A stretch of DNA of 58,542 nt from Bacillales bacterium UBA3620 (GTDB lineage: Bacteria > Bacillota_I > Bacilli_A > RF39 > UBA660), in NCBI GenBank assembly GCA_002375205.1, contig DFLL01000017.1:474-59015 (forward strand), read 5' to 3'. A program made the position numbers and the translations under genes. A model generated the notes under the pieces. It did not search any database. It worked only from the letters and a program-made list of their open reading frames with translations, and was not told the DNA's origin. This document shows positions 8,230-17,627 of the stretch, piece after piece (within the stretch, counting starts at the first letter, position 1; each line of letters begins with the position of its first letter).

Positions 8230-9798
8230 TTAATCAGTAAGCTGTCTTATAAGCCTTTTACCACTACTACTTAATCCATCATCTAAAGCAGTCAAATAAT
8301 CTATACGAACATCTTCAGGTAAATAATTTAAAAATGTCTTAAGAGCATAACCTAAAGCCTCTTCCGCTATTAATTTATCAGCATTAGCTCTAGCTATTTG
8401 CTTCTTAGCTTCTATAACTAACATTAGACTATTAATATCATCTCTATAACTAGGTTTCTTTTCTTTCTTTACATACTTAGGAACTCTAATTAAAGAAATA
8501 ATTCCTGACACCTCTTTATACAAATTATACATTTCTCTAACATATTCTTGATTATAGTGTTCTCTATATTCCACTCTATATACTTCTAATCCCTCATTAC
8601 AATTGTCTATTATTTCTTTAACAGTTAAATCATTACCAAACAGTTTTTTCCCCGTTCCAGACTCGTTCGTATTTTTTATAAAACTAATAAAATCAACAAG
8701 TGATGAATATCTTGAAGTAAAATCAACTTGAATTTCATTATCTGTTCTTCCTGTCATCATTTTATATCCATCTTTAACAGAAGCATAATATACATCTATA
8801 TCTCTTTTTTTAACCTTCATAATCTCATGATTTTCATCAATAGGTTCCCATACAACATCAAACTCTTCGTCTTTATCTTCTTCACCCAAATTAATAGGAT
8901 AATCCGAAGAGTAACTACTATAAACTTTGTCTAATTCTTCTAAGTCTTTCTTAAGATTACTTATACTTGTATTAAGGCCCACAAGTTCTTTTTCTTTACT
9001 ATTTTTTATTTCTTGTATCTCCGCATCTAATACATCAGTTCTTCTTTTCTTTAAAGCCTTTATCTCGACATCTAATTGAGAAGTAAGAACGATTCTATTA
9101 TCATCAATTTGTTGCCTTAATGATTCATTTTCATTAAGCAAACTATTTCTAGTACTTTCTAATTGTTTTATAGAATGAAGTAAAGCATTATTTTTAGAAT
9201 TAAGTTCACTATTACTTCTTGATAACTGATTATTATCTCTTCTTAAGCCTTCATTAATTTCTCTTTTATCACAAACTTCTCTTGATAAATAATCTAATTC
9301 TTGCTCATATACCTCTTTTTTTATTGCTGTTAATGATCTTTTAGCTTTATCAGATATCTTTGTACCTTGAATAGCCTCTATTATCATATCCCCACTAAGT
9401 AAAAAATCAATATAACTAAAAATATCTTCTATCTTACTAATATTTTTATAATCACTTTGTAATAAACTTTCAAATTTATTAAATAGACCAAGTAAATTAA
9501 TAAACCCCTTTTTCTCCATATAATCTAATATCGTACTAAAACCAAGATTAGATATTTCTTGTCTAAGTTGATAATTATTAATAATTTCACTAATAAATTT
9601 CTTTTCTTCACTAGTTAGTTTAATAACTAATTCTCTAGTTAGTTCATCTTTACTAATAATATCAAAAACATTCATAAGTTCTTCGTTACCTCTTAATAAT
9701 GTAAGAACACCAGCTTCTTTATCACTTATATTTTTAAGCATAATCTTTCCCCCCTCTTGACAGTGAAATATAATAACATATGTTTGCCTATTTGTCAA
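8230..9798 (-). CDS. Hypothetical coiled-coil protein (likely start MLKNISD after GAGGGGG)
   Basis: Long ORF with a central heptad-rich segment; no family recognised. Confidence 0.65.
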   Translation of the reverse strand: MTNRQTYVIIFHCQEGGKIMLKNISDKEAGVLTLLRGNEELMNVFDIISKDELTRELVIKLTSEEKKFISEIINNYQLRQEISNLGFSTILDYMEKKGFINLLGLFNKFESLLQSDYKNISKIEDIFSYIDFLLSGDMIIEAIQGTKISDKAKRSLTAIKKEVYEQELDYLSREVCDKREINEGLRRDNNQLSRSNSELNSKNNALLHSIKQLESTRNSLLNENESLRQQIDDNRIVLTSQLDVEIKALKKRRTDVLDAEIQEIKNSKEKELVGLNTSISNLKKDLEELDKVYSSYSSDYPINLGEEDKDEEFDVVWEPIDENHEIMKVKKRDIDVYYASVKDGYKMMTGRTDNEIQVDFTSRYSSLVDFISFIKNTNESGTGKKLFGNDLTVKEIIDNCNEGLEVYRVEYREHYNQEYVREMYNLYKEVSGIISLIRVPKYVKKEKKPSYRDDINSLMLVIEAKKQIARANADKLIAEEALGYALKTFLNYLPEDVRIDYLTALDDGLSSSGKRLIRQLTD

Positions 9799-9815
9799 GA
9801 AAAAGAAGATACTTC

Positions 9816-10709
9816 TTATTTACTAAACCTAATATTAGGGTTTCTAAGTACCTTCTTTTGATATCCAAGTCTATCTATACCTTCATGGTTTAATTGACTA
9901 TCTTCTTCATTAATAAATCTCATATAATCATATGGACTATAATTAGTCGTAAAACTAAAGTCTAAAGTCTCATCATAATAAGTAGCATTACGATAAGATA
10001 AGGCAAATCCATCAAAATAATTTTTTATATTCTCATCAGTCATTTCAATATAACCATTTTTAAGTAATTCTAAAGCCGTATTCATTCTTGAATCATTTAA
10101 AGTCATAAATTTACCGGGAGTAGTATTAAATAGAGAAAAGACTCCTATTCTCTCTAAAGAAGACCTATCTTTTAAAAAGAATTGTCTATAAGTTAAATCT
10201 ATAATATATTTCTTATCATTAATAGTAACTATATTAAATGCATGATATCCACTTCCAAAATGTAATAAATCATGTTCTTTCGTAAATCCTGGATAGATAA
10301 TAACTCTTCTAACATTTAAACCTAATTCACTAAAAGACCTAAATACAAGATTGCTACTATAAGTACACTTATCAATAAGGGGATCTTCAATATCACTACC
10401 TAATAGTTTACTTCTTACATTATAAATAACATTCTTTAATTTATCATCAGAATCAAAACCATTACTAAATATAGGACTAGATTCCATAATAAAATCTATA
10501 GGGATATCTTCTTCTGCTTTCTTTAAATATCTAGTTATATAGTTAAAGTCATTACTAAGATTACCATCAATAAAATAATCATTTTGAATACTTCTAACAT
10601 ATCTATATAATTCTTCTAAATTACTAAATTGGTTCTTCATTTTACCAAATTTAACATCAATGTATCTTCTTATAACATCTGTCTTATGTTTTTCAAAATT
10701 ATTTTTCAT
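9816..10709 (-). CDS. Hypothetical protein with a putative papain/transglutaminase-like Cys-His-Asp triad
   Basis: DKCTYSS ... GYHAFNIV ... KYIIDLTY, with spacing typical of transglutaminase/NAT-like folds. Confidence 0.55.
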   Translation of the reverse strand: MKNNFEKHKTDVIRRYIDVKFGKMKNQFSNLEELYRYVRSIQNDYFIDGNLSNDFNYITRYLKKAEEDIPIDFIMESSPIFSNGFDSDDKLKNVIYNVRSKLLGSDIEDPLIDKCTYSSNLVFRSFSELGLNVRRVIIYPGFTKEHDLLHFGSGYHAFNIVTINDKKYIIDLTYRQFFLKDRSSLERIGVFSLFNTTPGKFMTLNDSRMNTALELLKNGYIEMTDENIKNYFDGFALSYRNATYYDETLDFSFTTNYSPYDYMRFINEEDSQLNHEGIDRLGYQKKVLRNPNIRFSK

Positions 10710-10813
10710 TTACTTTACAACCTTCTATTTCATTATAAAAAACACTATATTAAAAGTCAATAAACTTTACATTTACCTTTACATCAATTATAATTATAAA
10801 GAAGGAGATAATT

Positions 10814-11653
10814 ATGAAATTAATTGTAAATAAAGAAGATACTCTATATAATTATTTAAGAAACAACTTAGAAGGTAAATCAAAAAATAATATTAAATCA
10901 CTACTTAAAAGAGAACTCATTAGTATTAATGATAAAGTAATAACTAAATATGACTATAACCTTCTTATAGGAGACACTATTACTATAAGTAATGGCTATA
11001 ATTATAATGAAGAAACGCTAAAAATAATCTATGAAGATGATAATATCATCGTAGTAGATAAACCTACTAAAATATTAACCATAAGTAATAAGAATGAAAA
11101 AGAAAAAACTTTATATCGAAAAGTATCTGACTATTTAAAAAAAGAAAAGAAAAAAGTATTTGTAATTCATAGATTAGACTTTGATACATCAGGAGTCATT
11201 ATGTTTGCTAAGAATCAAAAAATCCAAAAACTTTATCAAGATAATTGGAACAATTTAGCTAAAAAAAGAGAATATATTGCCATCGTCGAAGGCGTAACTC
11301 CTCCTAAAGGGCATATCGAGTCATACTTAAAAGAATCTAAAACATTAGAAGTATATTCTTCTAAAAATAAAGATGGCTTATTTTCAATAACTGATTATGA
11401 AACAATAAAACATAACAAAAAATACTCTATGGTAAAAGTACTAATATCTACTGGTCGAAGAAACCAAATAAGATGTCATATGTCTGATATCAATCATCCC
11501 ATACTAGGAGACACTCGCTATAAAAGTAAAGCAAATCCCTTAGGTAGACTAGCCCTTCATGCTCACATTCTAGAAATTGAAGATCCACTTACTCATAAAC
11601 TATTTACTTTTACTAGTATAATACCTGAAGAATTTAATAATATAATAAAATAA
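10814..11653 (+). CDS. RluA/RluD-family pseudouridine synthase
   Basis: S4-like N-terminus, VVDKP, HRLDFDTSG, TGRRNQIR.H and LHA. Confidence 0.95.
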   Translation: MKLIVNKEDTLYNYLRNNLEGKSKNNIKSLLKRELISINDKVITKYDYNLLIGDTITISNGYNYNEETLKIIYEDDNIIVVDKPTKILTISNKNEKEKTLYRKVSDYLKKEKKKVFVIHRLDFDTSGVIMFAKNQKIQKLYQDNWNNLAKKREYIAIVEGVTPPKGHIESYLKESKTLEVYSSKNKDGLFSITDYETIKHNKKYSMVKVLISTGRRNQIRCHMSDINHPILGDTRYKSKANPLGRLALHAHILEIEDPLTHKLFTFTSIIPEEFNNIIK

Positions 11654-11670
11654 GATATCAATTAGATACC

Positions 11671-11931
11671 TTATTTTTTATTTATTGTTTTCATCATATC
11701 TTTAACTACAAGCATTGCTTCATTAAAAACATTCTTATCTTCAATTTCTTCTAAATAATCATAACCATCTTTATCTTTATTAATATAAGCAATATTAAGA
11801 GAATCATCATCTCTATCAAAAGCACTAATCGTAAATACAGCAATTTCTCTATCACTATTATCAAGTTTAAATATTGATAAAATATTACCTAACTTAAACT
11901 CATTCTTTTCATTAACAATATCAAATTCCAT
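11671..11931 (-). CDS. Small acidic hypothetical protein (DUF1292-like)
   Basis: Beta-rich acidic domain ending LEEIED..VF; weak resemblance only. Confidence 0.5.
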   Translation of the reverse strand: MEFDIVNEKNEFKLGNILSIFKLDNSDREIAVFTISAFDRDDDSLNIAYINKDKDGYDYLEEIEDKNVFNEAMLVVKDMMKTINKK

Positions 11932-11939
11932 ATAACCAC

Positions 11940-12296
11940 CTAATAAAGAATACTCTTAGCAATAAGGAACATAATCAAAACTAATCCTATAATTCCAAAA
12001 GCAATAATAATAGAAATTAAAGTAAAACCAGCATTAGCTTTCATATCTTCTAATCTTTTTACTCTAGCAAGTTCTATTTTTCTTTCTCGAATAATATCAA
12101 GAACATTACTAACAACTCTTTCAAAATCTACCCTATCAGAAACAGTTTTAAGTCTTTCCCTAAGAAGGGAAAATACTTCTAGTAAGTTTTTATTTATATC
12201 TTTAGAAATACTAGCAATATTAGTCTTCTCTTCTTTAACTCTCTGTATATGATTAGGTCTAACTTTAGTCTCTCTATTTATAATAGTATAGTTCAT
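11940..12296 (-). CDS. Hypothetical protein with a C-terminal TM anchor preceded by AGFTL
   Basis: Soluble helical N-terminus followed by KANAGFTLISIIIAFGIIGLVLIMFLIAK. Confidence 0.65.
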   Translation of the reverse strand: MNYTIINRETKVRPNHIQRVKEEKTNIASISKDINKNLLEVFSLLRERLKTVSDRVDFERVVSNVLDIIRERKIELARVKRLEDMKANAGFTLISIIIAFGIIGLVLIMFLIAKSILY

Positions 12297-12305
12297 TTAA
12301 ATCGC

Positions 12306-14639
12306 CTACTTCCATTTAAAGTTTCTTATTTCTTCCGTATCAATACCATATTCTTTAATATATTCTTCATGATATTTTAATTTATCTTTCATAAGTTTAA
12401 TTATCTTTTTACCTTCTTCTTTTTCTGCTATATCCAAATGTTTAATAATATCAATAACAATATGATATCTATCTATTTCATTTTTAACTCGCATATCAAA
12501 TGGTGTTGTAATCGTACCCTCTTCCATATATCCATGAACTGATATATTTTTATTAAATCTTTCATAAGTAAATTCATGAATAAGTGTTGGATAACCATGA
12601 TAATTAAATATAATTGGTTTATCTTTTGTAAATAATTTATTATATTCTGTATCAGTTAATCCATGAGGATGTCTTGTACTAGGCTGTAGTTTCATTAAAT
12701 CAACAATATTAATAAATCTAACTCTAATACTAGGAAGATACTCTCTAAGAAGTTGTACCGCTGCCATATTCTCGAGTGTTGGTGCTTCACCAATAGATAC
12801 AAGAATAACGTCTACTCTCTTTTCATCATTTGAAGCAAACTCCCACTTACTAATACCTTTAGCACAGTGCTCTTTAGCTTCTTCAATTGTAAGCCACTGT
12901 GGTCTCATATGTTTTGAAGCTACAATTACATTAATATAATTCTTTGTCTTAATAACATGATCAAAACATGATAGAAGACAGTTACTATCTGGTGGTAGAT
13001 ATACTCTTACAATGTCTGCTTTTTTATTAGCTAAATGATCAATAAAGCCAGGATCTTGATGTGTATATCCATTATGATCTTGTTGCCATACATTCGAAGT
13101 AAGTACATAATTTAAAGAAGCGATTGGTTTTCTCCAAGCTATTTCATTACACATCTTAAGCCATTTAGCATGCTGACTAGCCATTGAATCAACGATTCGA
13201 ATAAAAGCTTCATAACTAGCAAAAAAACCATGTCTACCCGTTAATAAGTATCCCTCAAGCCATCCTTCACAAGTATGCTCGCTTAAGTATGCATCCATAA
13301 TTCTACCATCACAAGACAAATATTCATCAGTACTCTTTTTATTTAAATACCAACTCCTATTATCTATATCAAAGACATGATTAAGTCTATTACTCATTGT
13401 CTCATCGGGACCAAATACTCTAAAATTATCAGGATTATTCTTAATAATATCTCTAATAAATTCTCCTAGTACTCTCATATCTTCTTTCTCTATCATACCT
13501 TTTTCTTTAACATCAACAGCATATTTATCAATACTAGGTACTTTAAGTTCTTTAAGAAGAATACCACCATTAGCATTCGGATTATCTCCCATAGTACTAT
13601 AAGGAACTAACTTTTTAATGTATTCTTTTATCTTACCATTATCATCAAATAATTCTTCTGGTCTATAACTCTTAAGCCATCTTTCTAATAATTTTAAATC
13701 ATCTTCCGTATTCAAACTAAATGGTACCTGATGACTTCTAAAAGTACCTTCAATTTTCTTATTATCATATTCCTTTGGACCCGTCCATCCTTTCGGAGTT
13801 CTAAGTATAATCATCGGATAAAAGAATCTTTTAACTTCACCTTTAACTCTAGCATCATACCATATCTTTTTAATATCACTAACTACTTTATCTAAAGTAC
13901 TAGCCATCTTCCTATGCATATCATAAGTGTCAGTTCCCTCTAAATAATATACTTTATAACCAAGTCCGTAGAATAAAGAACATAATTCTTCTTTACTAAT
14001 TCTCGATAAAACTGTTGGATTACTAATCTTATAACCATTTAAATGAAGTATTGGGAGAACGATTCCATCTCTTTTAGGATTAATAAATTTATTCGAATTT
14101 AAACTTGTAAGTAGAGGCCCTGTCTCTGCTTCTCCATCTCCTATTACAGTAGCAGCGATTAAAGTAGGATTATCCAGTACTGCTCCATAAGCATGAGAAA
14201 TACTATATCCAAGTTCTCCACCTTCATTAATACTACCAGGAGTCTCTGGAGCGGCATGCGAAGGAATTCCCCCCGGAAAAGAAAACTGTTTAAATAGTTT
14301 TTTAAGCCCATCTATATCTTCTGTTACATCAGGATAATACTTTGTATAAGTACCTTCAATATAAGTATTAGCTACTACACTGTTACCACCATGACCAGGT
14401 CCAGATATATAAATCATATTAAGATCATTATTCTTAATAATTCTATTTAAATGAGTATATATAAAATTCTGACCAGGAACCGTACCCCAGTGGCCCACTA
14501 TTTTCTTCTTAACATGTTCCCATTTTAAATGTTCTCTTAAAAGAGGATTATCAAGTAAATATAATTGTCCCACAGATAAATAATTAGCTAGTCTAAAATA
14601 AGCATCTAATTCCTTAATCTCTTTATTACTAATTCTCAT
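12306..14639 (-). CDS. xfp: Xylulose-5-P/fructose-6-P phosphoketolase
   Basis: GHWGTVPG, GPGHG, EGGELGY, GDGEAETG and QDHNG.THQ.PG. Confidence 0.97.
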   Translation of the reverse strand: MRISNKEIKELDAYFRLANYLSVGQLYLLDNPLLREHLKWEHVKKKIVGHWGTVPGQNFIYTHLNRIIKNNDLNMIYISGPGHGGNSVVANTYIEGTYTKYYPDVTEDIDGLKKLFKQFSFPGGIPSHAAPETPGSINEGGELGYSISHAYGAVLDNPTLIAATVIGDGEAETGPLLTSLNSNKFINPKRDGIVLPILHLNGYKISNPTVLSRISKEELCSLFYGLGYKVYYLEGTDTYDMHRKMASTLDKVVSDIKKIWYDARVKGEVKRFFYPMIILRTPKGWTGPKEYDNKKIEGTFRSHQVPFSLNTEDDLKLLERWLKSYRPEELFDDNGKIKEYIKKLVPYSTMGDNPNANGGILLKELKVPSIDKYAVDVKEKGMIEKEDMRVLGEFIRDIIKNNPDNFRVFGPDETMSNRLNHVFDIDNRSWYLNKKSTDEYLSCDGRIMDAYLSEHTCEGWLEGYLLTGRHGFFASYEAFIRIVDSMASQHAKWLKMCNEIAWRKPIASLNYVLTSNVWQQDHNGYTHQDPGFIDHLANKKADIVRVYLPPDSNCLLSCFDHVIKTKNYINVIVASKHMRPQWLTIEEAKEHCAKGISKWEFASNDEKRVDVILVSIGEAPTLENMAAVQLLREYLPSIRVRFINIVDLMKLQPSTRHPHGLTDTEYNKLFTKDKPIIFNYHGYPTLIHEFTYERFNKNISVHGYMEEGTITTPFDMRVKNEIDRYHIVIDIIKHLDIAEKEEGKKIIKLMKDKLKYHEEYIKEYGIDTEEIRNFKWK

Positions 14640-14748
14640 TTATATCCCTCTATCCTTATCATTATAAGTATAACATAATTATTTTAAAAATAATAGTTTT
14701 TTTAATTCTTTTATGCTATAATATTTCATGTAGAAAGAAGGAGTTCAA

Positions 14749-15990
14749 ATGAAAATAATAAAATTAACAGAAACTCAATATAAAAACTATTCCAAATTAC
14801 ATAGTGCTAGAAATTATATGCAATCCGTCGAATTTGCTAATTTAGAAAAAGAATATCAAAGAAATTATTTAGGTTTTTTTAATGAAAGCGATAATACCCT
14901 AATGGCCGCTACCCTACTTTTAGAAAAAAAGATTGGTCCATTAAAAATAGGATATGTACCTGGTAATTTTCTTGTTGATTACGATAACGAAATGCTATTC
15001 AAAGACTTTATAAATACACTCAAAAACTATCTTAAAGAGCAAAAATATGTTTATTTAACTTCTGATAACGATATAACATTTAAAATATTTAATAAGTCCG
15101 GAGAAGTATTATATTTTGATACAAATATACTAAGAGTATTAGATGAATTATCTTTTATCAAACGAAAGAAAACATCTAAGTATAAAGTAGTTTTAGAAAC
15201 AGAAAAAACCCCAAATGAAACATTTAATTTATTTAATTCAAATACTAAAAGGAATATAAACTCAACTCTTAAAAGAGCAATAGCAATCTATAAAGATGAT
15301 AGTAATAACCCAGATCTTCTTCTTAATCTCACAAATAATTTTCAAGCTGATAAAATAAAAAATATCTTAAATAATTTTAAAGGTGATAACAAAGCTGAAA
15401 TATATTTTGCTAAAATAGATCCAGAAAAATATATCAATAATTATAGGTTTTTATTAAAAGAAGAAGAAGAAAATAATGATAAATTAAATCAAATTATGCA
15501 AGATATTACTATTGTAAAAACAAATGAATTCATTAATAAAAAAATGAATTCTGATAGATTAATAACAAGATATAATAATGAAATAATAAGAGCTACTAAT
15601 CTATATACTAAGTATCCAAAAGGCATAGTCGCAGGAGCTATCCTTATCATTAAAAATAATAGAGAAATATATTTCCTAGATGAAGGAAGAAATAAAGACT
15701 TTGATGACTTCTATTCATCACATCTACTTAAATGGGAAATAATAAAAAAATATTTAAATGAAGGTTATAAAATATTTAATCTAGGTCCAATTAAATCTAT
15801 GGATAAAACAGATAATAAATATAATTTCAAATTAGGTTTTGGTGGTAAAGTATATGAAACTATTGGTACTTATGACTTAGTAATAAATAAATGGTTATAC
15901 CCTATTGTCAAAGTATTATATCTAATTACTACTAAACTAAAAAATATACATATACCAAAACTAAATATTAAAAAGAGTAAGAAAAAATAA
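14749..15990 (+). CDS. FemAB/MurM-family peptidoglycan bridge peptidyltransferase
   Basis: Motifs NYMQS, F...TKRNI, a coiled-coil insert, LKWEII and FKLGFGG.V.E.IG.YD. Confidence 0.8.
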   Translation: MKIIKLTETQYKNYSKLHSARNYMQSVEFANLEKEYQRNYLGFFNESDNTLMAATLLLEKKIGPLKIGYVPGNFLVDYDNEMLFKDFINTLKNYLKEQKYVYLTSDNDITFKIFNKSGEVLYFDTNILRVLDELSFIKRKKTSKYKVVLETEKTPNETFNLFNSNTKRNINSTLKRAIAIYKDDSNNPDLLLNLTNNFQADKIKNILNNFKGDNKAEIYFAKIDPEKYINNYRFLLKEEEENNDKLNQIMQDITIVKTNEFINKKMNSDRLITRYNNEIIRATNLYTKYPKGIVAGAILIIKNNREIYFLDEGRNKDFDDFYSSHLLKWEIIKKYLNEGYKIFNLGPIKSMDKTDNKYNFKLGFGGKVYETIGTYDLVINKWLYPIVKVLYLITTKLKNIHIPKLNIKKSKKK

Positions 15991-16006
15991 TTAGCATGTT
16001 TACTAA

Positions 16007-16621
16007 TTATTTTTTTATTCTTCTTTTTACTAATTCATATGTTTCTTCTTTAGTAGTAAATATATTATTATCCCTATCATAATACTTATTTAGCATAATA
16101 TTAGTAATACTATCAAGATATGCCTTTAAATACCTATCATTATCTATTCTTTTAAGAAAATCTAATACTTCACTGTAACTATAATAATCTAATCTAGTAT
16201 CAAAAGAAACTCTATTATATATAAATGAATTACTCATCATATGATGAAGATCAGAGTCTTCTTTTGATATAAAAGCATCTATTCTTTTAATATTATTTTC
16301 TTTATATATTCTCCATATATCAAAATTTATATTAGTAATAAATTCATTATATTTTTTATTAAATAAATAATTATTTATTCTAATAATAATTCTTTGGTAT
16401 TCTTCTGGTACATTAAATCTATTAAATACTTCAGAAGAGACTATATTCTCTTTCCAATATGCCTCTACCCAGTTATCATTAAAACCAGATTCTTTTTCTT
16501 TTACATATAATGCTTGTATAACACTATCAGCAGGTACTAATAAATATTTTGCTTTTTCTTCTTTCATTATAACCATTCCTCCTATTTTAATTACTTGATT
16601 CTTGATTTTTTGTAAATTCAA
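16007..16621 (-). CDS. Hypothetical protein (likely start at a downstream Met after AGGAGG)
   Basis: Open frame with a basic C-terminus LVKRRIKK. Confidence 0.55.
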   Translation of the reverse strand: MNLQKIKNQVIKIGGMVIMKEEKAKYLLVPADSVIQALYVKEKESGFNDNWVEAYWKENIVSSEVFNRFNVPEEYQRIIIRINNYLFNKKYNEFITNINFDIWRIYKENNIKRIDAFISKEDSDLHHMMSNSFIYNRVSFDTRLDYYSYSEVLDFLKRIDNDRYLKAYLDSITNIMLNKYYDRDNNIFTTKEETYELVKRRIKK

Positions 16622-17600
16622 TTAACTCATCAAAGTCAGATAAATAATTTTGATCTTGTTTTATTCTATATTTTTCATATTCTGATAGCGCTAAAGAATC
16701 TGCAATTTCTCTTTTAATTTTTCCATTATCTTGTAAAATGTTGTACTCATTTAATTTTAGAAATAATTCTAATTTTTCTTTCCATTCTTTCATTGAAATT
16801 ATATGGCCTAATTTAACTTGTCTTTCTGCATAATCTAAGTACATCGATACTAAATTATTTAATTCAGTTATTTCTTCTTTATCTAGGTAATTTTTAGCTA
16901 CAACTACATCGCTTTCTAATATTTTACCTTTAGGAGCATTTTTCCAAGTTTGTAACCCCATATTATCTTTATTAGAATCTACTCTATTATAAATAATTTC
17001 AGGAGCGGTCATTCCTGTTATAGCAAAGTGGAGCTTATTCTGAACATTTTTATAAAATTCAATAGTTGTTTCACTATTCTTATCATAATCATAACTACAT
17101 TCTTTATATATGTCGGTAATTTTTTGATAGAATCTTCTTTCGCTTGCTCTAATTTCTTTTATTTTTAATAATAATTCATCAAAATAATCTTTGCCAAATT
17201 TAGGGCCATTCTTAAGTAATTCTGTATTTACGACAAAACCTTTTTTTATATATTCTTTAAGGGTATTAGTAGCCCATTTTCTAAATTGTGTAGCTTCAAA
17301 ACTGTTAACTCTATAGCCAACCGCTATTATAGCATCTAAGCTATAAAAACTAGTATTGTACTTTTTTCCATCGTTAGCAGTTATTCGAATTTTTCGAATA
17401 ACTGAATCCTCTTCAAGTTCGCCACTATCAAATATCTCTTTCAAATGATAGTTTATAGTATTAACCTTAACCGAAAATAATTCAGCCATAGTTTTTTGTG
17501 TTAATCAAAAATCTTCACTATCATATAATACTTCTACTATTTTATTACCATTTTCATTTTGATATAAAACAATATTATTTAAATTAGCAACTTTATTCTT
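16587..17600 (-). pseudogene. rhuM: RhuM-family protein with a premature TGA at the conserved Trp (may re-initiate at ATG 17489)
   Basis: The frame upstream of the called ORF reads IVLYQNENGNKIVEVLYDSEDF*LTQKTMAELF, with TGA at 17507-17505 where RhuM has W. The body has Y.LDAIIAVGYRVNS..ATQFR.WA and IRASERRFYQK. Confidence 0.75.
17378..17404. repeat. In-frame palindrome within rhuM
   Basis: CAGTTATTCGAA-ttt-TTCGAATAACTG, perfect 12-bp arms, encoding SVIRKIRITA. Confidence 0.92.
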
Positions 17601-17627
17601 ACCTTAACTCCCTCTCTTTTTTCTTAA

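Noticed and set aside
17505..17507. TGA at a conserved Trp as evidence of genetic code 4
   Set aside because: TGA is the real stop of rsmH and pbp, and the core genes are full length under code 11. A nonsense mutation is the simpler explanation.
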